DNA from: Syntrophorhabdaceae bacterium | GTDB taxonomy: Bacteria > Desulfobacterota > Syntrophorhabdia > Syntrophorhabdales > Syntrophorhabdaceae | Assembly: GCA_963665295.1 (NCBI GenBank) | Contig: OY762209.1 | Location: 4,384,001-4,448,000 of the forward strand | Direction of reading: 5' to 3' | Length of the DNA: 64,000 nt | In this document: in pieces, positions 58,803-64,000 of the stretch | Numbering within the stretch: position 1 is the stretch's first letter | How the letters are laid out: each line of letters starts with the position of its first letter | Position numbers and translations under genes: made by a program | The notes under the pieces: model-generated | Database searches by the model: none | What the model was told of the DNA's origin: nothing | What the model saw: the letters and a program-made list of their open reading frames with translations, nothing else

Positions 58803-60893
58803 ATGAAAAGACGAAAATTAACGACAGTTCTGACCGTGGCCTTTGTGACAATAATTGCAGGGCTGGCTTTCGGCGTAGGTTCCTATCTTACTCAATTCAA
58901 CACCCGTTACGGCACATCGGGCAGCGCTCTCGACTCGTGTAACCTGTGCCATCCAGGCGGCGCTACTTCGCAACTCAACGCCTACGCGAGTGCCTACGTG
59001 AGTGCCGGCCACAATTTTGCCTCTGTCGAGTCCCTGGACTCCGACGGGGACGGCTACACAAACCTCACCGAGATTAACGCGCGTACCAATCCGGGCGACG
59101 CTGCCAGTCATCCGGTCGCGGACGCGACGCCTCCGGTGGTTACGGCCTTCACCATACCCGCCACATCGGGTTCCCTTGTGGTTGCCATCAACAGTTTTAC
59201 CGCGACGGACAACGTAAGCGTAACCGGCTACCTCGTGACAGAGACGGCCCAGAAGCCCCTGGCCGCCGCAGCGGGCTGGACCTCTACACCTCCCGCAAAC
59301 CATACCTTCACCACCGCGGGTGTCAAGACGCTTTACGCATGGGCAAAGGACGCCGCGGGTAATGTCTCTTCCACCACGGTGAGCGCCTCCGTTACCATCA
59401 CCCTTGCCGATGCGACACCCCCCACGGTCACCGCTTTCACGATCCCTGTATCGTCGGCCTCCCTGACCGTGACAATCAGCGCCTTCACCGCTACGGACAA
59501 TGTGGGAGTGACGGGCTACCTTGTGACGGAAACGTCCACAAAGCCCCTTGCTTCCGCGTCGGGATGGAGTGCGACACGGCCGGCAAGTTACGCCTGTACT
59601 TCGGGCGGCGCAAAGACGCTTTACGCATGGGCCAAGGACGCCGCGGGTAATGTCTCCACCGGTGTGGTGAACGCCACTGTCAACATCACGGTTTCCGATA
59701 TGACGCCCCCCCTGATTACGGCTTTTGTCATACCCTCTGCCTCAAGTTCTCTCGTAATCACCATTACCAGCTTTACCGCAACGGACAACGTGGGAGTGAC
59801 GGGCTATCTCTTGACCACAACCTCTACGCCACCTTCGCCTACCGGCGCGGGCTGGACCGCAACGCCACCGGGAAGCTATACCTTTGTTTCTACGGGAGTG
59901 AAAACGCTTTACGCATGGGCCAAGGACGCTGCGGGTAATGTCTCCACCGGTGTGAGCCAGACCGTCAGCATCGTATCCGGCGACACCATACCACCGAACA
60001 TCACCAACTTCTCCCTTACCCCTTCGGCCGAGACGTTAAAGGTGCCTGTAGTCGCGTTCACCGCAACGGACGACGTGGCCGTTACGGGTTATATGCTTAC
60101 AGAGACCGCAAAAACTCCTCTTCCCACGGCAGCCGGCTGGAGCACCACTCCTCCCGCAAGCTACACCTTCACCTCGGAAGGACTCAAGGCACTTTACGCC
60201 TGGGCCAAGGACGCCGCGGGGAATGTATCGTTGCCGTGGAGCGACATGGTGGACATCGTGGTTACGGACGTTACGCCTCCCGACGTGATGGACTTCAGCC
60301 TCCGCAGCCCCAGTGATTCCCTTATCGTACCTATTACCGGCTTCACTGCCATAGACGACGTGGAAGTCACAGGCTATCTCGTAACGAAGAGTGCGTCGCG
60401 GCCAAAAGCGAATGCGGCCGGATGGAGCGCAAGCCCCCCGACCAGCTACACCTTCCCTCTTCATACGACGGGCACCAAAACCCTCTATGGCTGGGCAAAA
60501 GATGCCGCGGGGAATGTGTCCGATGGTCTTTCGGAACAGGTAGTCATCCAGATCGATGATCGTACTCCGCCGACGGTAACGGAGTTCAGGATACCTTCGT
60601 CATCGAGCAGCCTGACTGTCAGGCTCAGGACCTTCACCGCCACGGATAACAAGGTGATTGCAGGCTATATGGTAACCACGTCGTCCGCAAAACCGTCATG
60701 GTCGTCGCCCAAGTGGAACGCCGCTCCTCCCGCGAGCTTCACGTTTACGTCCCAGGGGACAAAAACACTCTACCCCTGGGTCAGGGACGCCGCGGGGAAT
60801 GTGTCCGGCAAATTTGTGGGCGCCGCCATGAAGGTCCGCATCTCTCTCGACCCTGAAGAAGAGGACAGGAACGAGCACGGCGATGACGATTAA
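58803..60893 (+). CDS. Secreted protein: CxxCH motif domain + DxDGDG Ca-loop + six ~96-aa Ig-like repeats
   Basis: Sec signal, CNLCH, DSDGDGYTNLTEI, six repeats ending K(T/A)LYxWxxDAAGNVS, acidic tail. Confidence 0.8.
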   Translation: MKRRKLTTVLTVAFVTIIAGLAFGVGSYLTQFNTRYGTSGSALDSCNLCHPGGATSQLNAYASAYVSAGHNFASVESLDSDGDGYTNLTEINARTNPGDAASHPVADATPPVVTAFTIPATSGSLVVAINSFTATDNVSVTGYLVTETAQKPLAAAAGWTSTPPANHTFTTAGVKTLYAWAKDAAGNVSSTTVSASVTITLADATPPTVTAFTIPVSSASLTVTISAFTATDNVGVTGYLVTETSTKPLASASGWSATRPASYACTSGGAKTLYAWAKDAAGNVSTGVVNATVNITVSDMTPPLITAFVIPSASSSLVITITSFTATDNVGVTGYLLTTTSTPPSPTGAGWTATPPGSYTFVSTGVKTLYAWAKDAAGNVSTGVSQTVSIVSGDTIPPNITNFSLTPSAETLKVPVVAFTATDDVAVTGYMLTETAKTPLPTAAGWSTTPPASYTFTSEGLKALYAWAKDAAGNVSLPWSDMVDIVVTDVTPPDVMDFSLRSPSDSLIVPITGFTAIDDVEVTGYLVTKSASRPKANAAGWSASPPTSYTFPLHTTGTKTLYGWAKDAAGNVSDGLSEQVVIQIDDRTPPTVTEFRIPSSSSSLTVRLRTFTATDNKVIAGYMVTTSSAKPSWSSPKWNAAPPASFTFTSQGTKTLYPWVRDAAGNVSGKFVGAAMKVRISLDPEEEDRNEHGDDD
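59121..60850 (+). repeat. Six tandem intragenic repeats of 285-291 nt
   Basis: Units start at about 59121, 59409, 59697, 59982, 60267 and 60558; near-identical DNA core ACGCTTTACGCATGGGC(A/C)AAGGACGC(C/T)GCGGGTAATGTCTC in units 1-3. Confidence 0.9.
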
Positions 60894-60974
60894 TTAACAG
60901 TCATCGGGCGAAGGCCACCCTCCATGGGCGCGGTCCCCGGTGACGATGGCAAAGCTCCTCTGTAACGGGTAAAT

Positions 60975-61007
60975 CGATAAGGGCGGGATTATTTCCCGCC
61001 CTTATCG
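60975..61007. terminator. Perfect 14-bp stem-loop after the hydrogenase/cytochrome operon
   Basis: CGATAAGGGCGGGA-TTATT-TCCCGCCCTTATCG. Confidence 0.65.
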
Positions 61008-61117
61008 TAACATTGCACGTAAAAGCAGGAATAGAAAGCCCACCAGCCCGTGCTATGAAGTATTGAATTATCCGGACCCGGAAGTTATAATCTCCCATCA
61101 TATACAGGAGGTCGGAT

Positions 61118-61432
61118 ATGTCCGTTATGCTGGAGTTTGCCATGTTTCCCACGGATAAAGGGGACAGCGTGAGTGAATACGTAAGCAGAATAATTAAAAT
61201 GATCGACGAAAGCGGCGTATCCTATAAGTTGACGCCCATGGGAACCATTGTGGAAGTAGAGACCCTCGATGAAGCGCTTCGCATCGTCGGTAAAGCCTAC
61301 GGTCAGCTTGAACCCGATTGCGGGAGGATCTATTCCTCACTGAAACTGGACATACGCCAGGGAAAAAGCGAGAGGTTGCAGCAGAAAATAGCATCGATAG
61401 AGGGGAAGATAGGGCGGGAAGTCAAGAAGTAG
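61118..61432 (+). CDS. MTH1187/YkoF family thiamine-binding-like protein
   Basis: FAMFPTDKGDSVSEYV, YKLTPMGTIVE, KLDIR. Confidence 0.85.
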   Translation: MSVMLEFAMFPTDKGDSVSEYVSRIIKMIDESGVSYKLTPMGTIVEVETLDEALRIVGKAYGQLEPDCGRIYSSLKLDIRQGKSERLQQKIASIEGKIGREVKK

Positions 61433-61524
61433 TGCCCGACTCGAAAGTTCCGCCATTTGCCGGAGGTGCCATATGATGCGACGATATTTCTTATCCGTAC
61501 AGTCGTCCCGAACAGGACTCGGCC

Positions 61525-61938
61525 ATGCATGAATGGGCATTGGCTCAATCAATCGTTGCCACCATCGCTTCAGAAATTGAAAAAAACGGGCTGTGCAAAG
61601 TATCGAGAGTTGAAGTCAAGGTGGGGGAACTGCAGCAGATCGACCTCGACATCTTCAGGTCTCTCATCGAGAGCGTTCTCTCAACCTATGACCTTCCTGT
61701 AGACATGTCTCAAATAGTCGTCTCCAAAGACAAGACTACCTTCAAATGCAGAATCTGCGGCTCGGAGTGGGGTTTTGCCGATACCGGCGATACCCTTACC
61801 CATGATGAAGGCGAGTCGATCCATTTCATCCCCGAAGTGGCGCACATTTACATGCGTTGTCCCGGGTGCGGAAGCCCGGACTTCGATATCTCGAAGGGAC
61901 GCGGCGTGTGGATCGAGTCCATCGAAGGAGAAACATGA
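61525..61938 (+). CDS. hypA: Hydrogenase nickel incorporation protein HypA (Thermococcales-type)
   Basis: MHE start, VGELQ, CRICG...long loop with IHFIPEV...CPGCGS, GRG. Confidence 0.9.
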   Translation: MHEWALAQSIVATIASEIEKNGLCKVSRVEVKVGELQQIDLDIFRSLIESVLSTYDLPVDMSQIVVSKDKTTFKCRICGSEWGFADTGDTLTHDEGESIHFIPEVAHIYMRCPGCGSPDFDISKGRGVWIESIEGET

Positions 61939-62696
61939 TAGACCCCAGACCTGCCGTAATTCAGGAGAGACTTGCCCATACCCGACGGATACTTGCCGTG
62001 TCAGGCGGTAAGGGAGGGATCGGCAAAAGCTCGATTGCCTGCCTTCTCGCCCTCTGCCTCTCCCGCAAAGGCCATAAAACAGGACTTTTCGACCTTGATT
62101 TCGCAGGCCCCACCGACCACGTGCTGCTGGGCATCAAGGGGGTCGGTCCCCACGAGATGAACGGGATTGTCCCTCCCGTGGTTCATGGGATCAGCTTCAT
62201 GTCCCTCACCTACTTTACCGGCGACCACCCATCCCCCTTCAGAGGTTCCGATATATCAAATTCCCTTGTTGAACTCCTTGCCATCACCCAATGGAACGAT
62301 CTCGATTTCCTGGTCATCGACATGCCTCCAGGGCTTGGCGACACTATCCTCGATGTAATAAGACTGATCAGACGGATGGAATTCCTCGCGGTAACTACAA
62401 GTTCGAAACTCGCCCTGGAAATAGTGAAGAAGGAGTTAACCATGCTGAAGGAACTCGGCATCCCGATCCTGGGCGTGGTTGAGAATATGAAGAGAAATTC
62501 CGACCCGCCGGTGGGACGACAGATATCCCCCCTTCAGGTCCCGTTTCTCGGTTCCATAGATTTCGATCCCGGTTTTGAGGAGACGCTGGGGGATATCGAC
62601 CGTTTGATAGGAACCCGATTCATGAAGCAATTGGAACTGATAGTCGATCGGGGCATGGTTGTCTCAGAAGAGGACCGCCACCGGCCGGAGCCCTGA
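61935..62696 (+). CDS. Mrp/MinD-family ATPase, probable ATPase-type HypB
   Basis: MIDPR, deviant Walker A GGKGGIGKS, DLDF, IDMPPGLGD, VVENM; no CxxC scaffold motif after VENM; ATGA-coupled to hypA. Confidence 0.78.
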   Translation: MIDPRPAVIQERLAHTRRILAVSGGKGGIGKSSIACLLALCLSRKGHKTGLFDLDFAGPTDHVLLGIKGVGPHEMNGIVPPVVHGISFMSLTYFTGDHPSPFRGSDISNSLVELLAITQWNDLDFLVIDMPPGLGDTILDVIRLIRRMEFLAVTTSSKLALEIVKKELTMLKELGIPILGVVENMKRNSDPPVGRQISPLQVPFLGSIDFDPGFEETLGDIDRLIGTRFMKQLELIVDRGMVVSEEDRHRPEP

Positions 62697-62745
62697 CCCG
62701 GAAACCCGGGCAGGCAAATTTGTCATATCATAAAGAGGAGGTCTC

Positions 62746-63501
62746 ATGGATGCGGTAAGAGAAGAATTCAAAGACGGTATATACACAATCATATTGAACA
62801 GGCCCGAAAAGAAGAACGCCATGGATTCCGAGCTTTTGCCGGCTCTTTTCCAGGCGCTTCAAAATGCCAGGGCGAAAAAGAGTTCGGTGGTCATTATCCG
62901 GGGCGCGGGAAAAGCGTTCTGCGCCGGTGGGGACATCGTTGAATTCCGGGAAAGCGAAGATACAGGCTCCCGTATCGATTACATGGCGGACGTACTCCAC
63001 AAAAGCATCGTCCTTATCAGACAGATGGACGCCATCGTGGTAGCGGCGGTGGAAGGTGTAGCGGTGGGAGCAGGCCTGGGCCTTGCCCTTGCCTGCGATG
63101 TTACCGCCGCGTCAAGAAATACGGTCATGAACATGGGATACAGACGGATCGGCCTCACCCCTGACGGCGGAGGCAGCTTCTTTCTCCCCCGCATCATAGG
63201 GGCAAAAAAATTCAGCGAGCTCTATCTTTTCTCCCGCAATATCACCATGGACGAGGCCAAGGACATGGGTCTCGTGAACTTCGTGTGGGAGGAAAGTGAG
63301 TTTGAGGAAAGATTGGAGAAGATGGTAGCAGACCTCACCGCCCTTCCCATGGAGACCATCGGGCATTTCAAGGACCTCGTGAACCACGCCGTGTTGTCGG
63401 GGCTTGAGGTCCACCTCGACAAGGAGCGGTTCTATGTATCCGAATTGGGAGGAAACAAACAATTCAAAGAGCGGCTGGACCAGTTCTTCAAGAAGAAATA
63501 G
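62746..63501 (+). CDS. Enoyl-CoA hydratase/isomerase family protein
   Basis: LNRPEKKNAM, AFCAGGD, AVGAGLGLALACD, IGLTPDGG. Confidence 0.9.
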   Translation: MDAVREEFKDGIYTIILNRPEKKNAMDSELLPALFQALQNARAKKSSVVIIRGAGKAFCAGGDIVEFRESEDTGSRIDYMADVLHKSIVLIRQMDAIVVAAVEGVAVGAGLGLALACDVTAASRNTVMNMGYRRIGLTPDGGGSFFLPRIIGAKKFSELYLFSRNITMDEAKDMGLVNFVWEESEFEERLEKMVADLTALPMETIGHFKDLVNHAVLSGLEVHLDKERFYVSELGGNKQFKERLDQFFKKK

Positions 63502-63570
63502 AGAAGGCAACCTTGCATTGTCAACCACGGCATGAGGGCAACATGAAGGCACAACCGTGAAAGGCGCCCC

Positions 63571-64000
63571 ATGAAGATGCTCTATCTTTTTTCCATTTTT
63601 GGATACATCTGTCTTTTATGGTTCGTCAGTATCTATGTGACGAGAAGATCGAGATCGACCGAGGCCTATCTTGTGGCATCCGGGAGCCTTTCGGTCCCAT
63701 TCATTTCAGTCCTCATCGCGGGCACCTGGATCGGTGGGGTATCGGTCGTCGGGATGGCCCAGGGCGCTTACATCCACGGGATAAGCGCCCTTTGGTTCCA
63801 GGCAGGCATCTGGATCGCCATGTGCATAACCGCCCTCCTGCTCCCCCGGATCATGCGGGGCAGGAAAACCTACTCCATACTTGATGTAGTAGGAAAACTC
63901 TATGACGCGAAGACAGCGCGTCTCGCAGGCATTCTTCAGCTCTTTTTCTCCATCTGGGTGGTTACCATGCAGATCGTGGGAGGGGGAGCCATACTGTCGG
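63571..64000 (+). CDS. Sodium:solute symporter family protein (partial; runs off the window edge)
   Basis: Manual translation MKMLYLFSIFGYICLLWFVSIY...AYLVASGSL...GTWIGGVSVVGMAQGAYIHGISALW...; absent from the ORF track because there is no stop codon inside the window. Confidence 0.8.
   Translation, partial: MKMLYLFSIFGYICLLWFVSIYVTRRSRSTEAYLVASGSLSVPFISVLIAGTWIGGVSVVGMAQGAYIHGISALWFQAGIWIAMCITALLLPRIMRGRKTYSILDVVGKLYDAKTARLAGILQLFFSIWVVTMQIVGGGAILS

Noticed and set aside
59121..60850. CRISPR-like repeated DNA
   Set aside because: Repeats are in-frame ~288-nt protein domains, not 25-40-nt repeats with unique spacers; no cas genes.

Overview
64 kb of chromosomal DNA from an anaerobic bacterium. 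Gene content and order suggest Desulfobacterota (deltaproteobacterial, possibly a Syntrophorhabdus-like syntroph); this is inference. No rRNA, tRNA, CRISPR array, prophage or transposase was seen. From left to right: (i) a minus-strand complex I-like operon (nuoA-B-CD-H-I-J-K, two MrpD/NuoL-type antiporter subunits with a small membrane protein between them, nuoM, partial nuoN) with no nuoEFG; (ii) a tautomerase, ubiE/menG and aspS, then a probable 2-oxoglutarate operon (Re-citrate synthase-like protein with a C-terminal Cache-like domain, a LeuC/LeuD-type dehydratase, icd); (iii) prfB with its +1 frameshift, zapB-zapA-6S RNA-rny-ymdB-tyrS, an orphan pilB, a methyltransferase and pxpABC; (iv) a sigma54 two-component module, an Mla/Pqi-type transporter and a GAF-kinase/kinase/receiver cassette; (v) ade, an orphan 2-oxoacid oxidoreductase gamma subunit and cysS; (vi) a metal/nickel-themed block. 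That block contains a DUF2946-like leader ORF ending in RAPP in front of an outer-membrane barrel, a metal-binding protein and a permease with no ATPase; a LIV-type ABC transporter with GntR and a LarA homolog; a Tat-exported group-1a-like [NiFe] hydrogenase followed by a secreted monoheme-motif protein with six Ig-like repeats; and a Thermococcales-type HypA with an Mrp/MinD ATPase-type HypB; (vii) an enoyl-CoA hydratase and a partial Na+/solute symporter. The strongest candidates for novel biology are the RAPP arrest-peptide metal sensor with its uptake operon, the hydrogenase-linked cytochrome/Ig-repeat protein, and the archaeal-type Ni insertion pair. All product calls come from motif recognition by eye; no searches were run.
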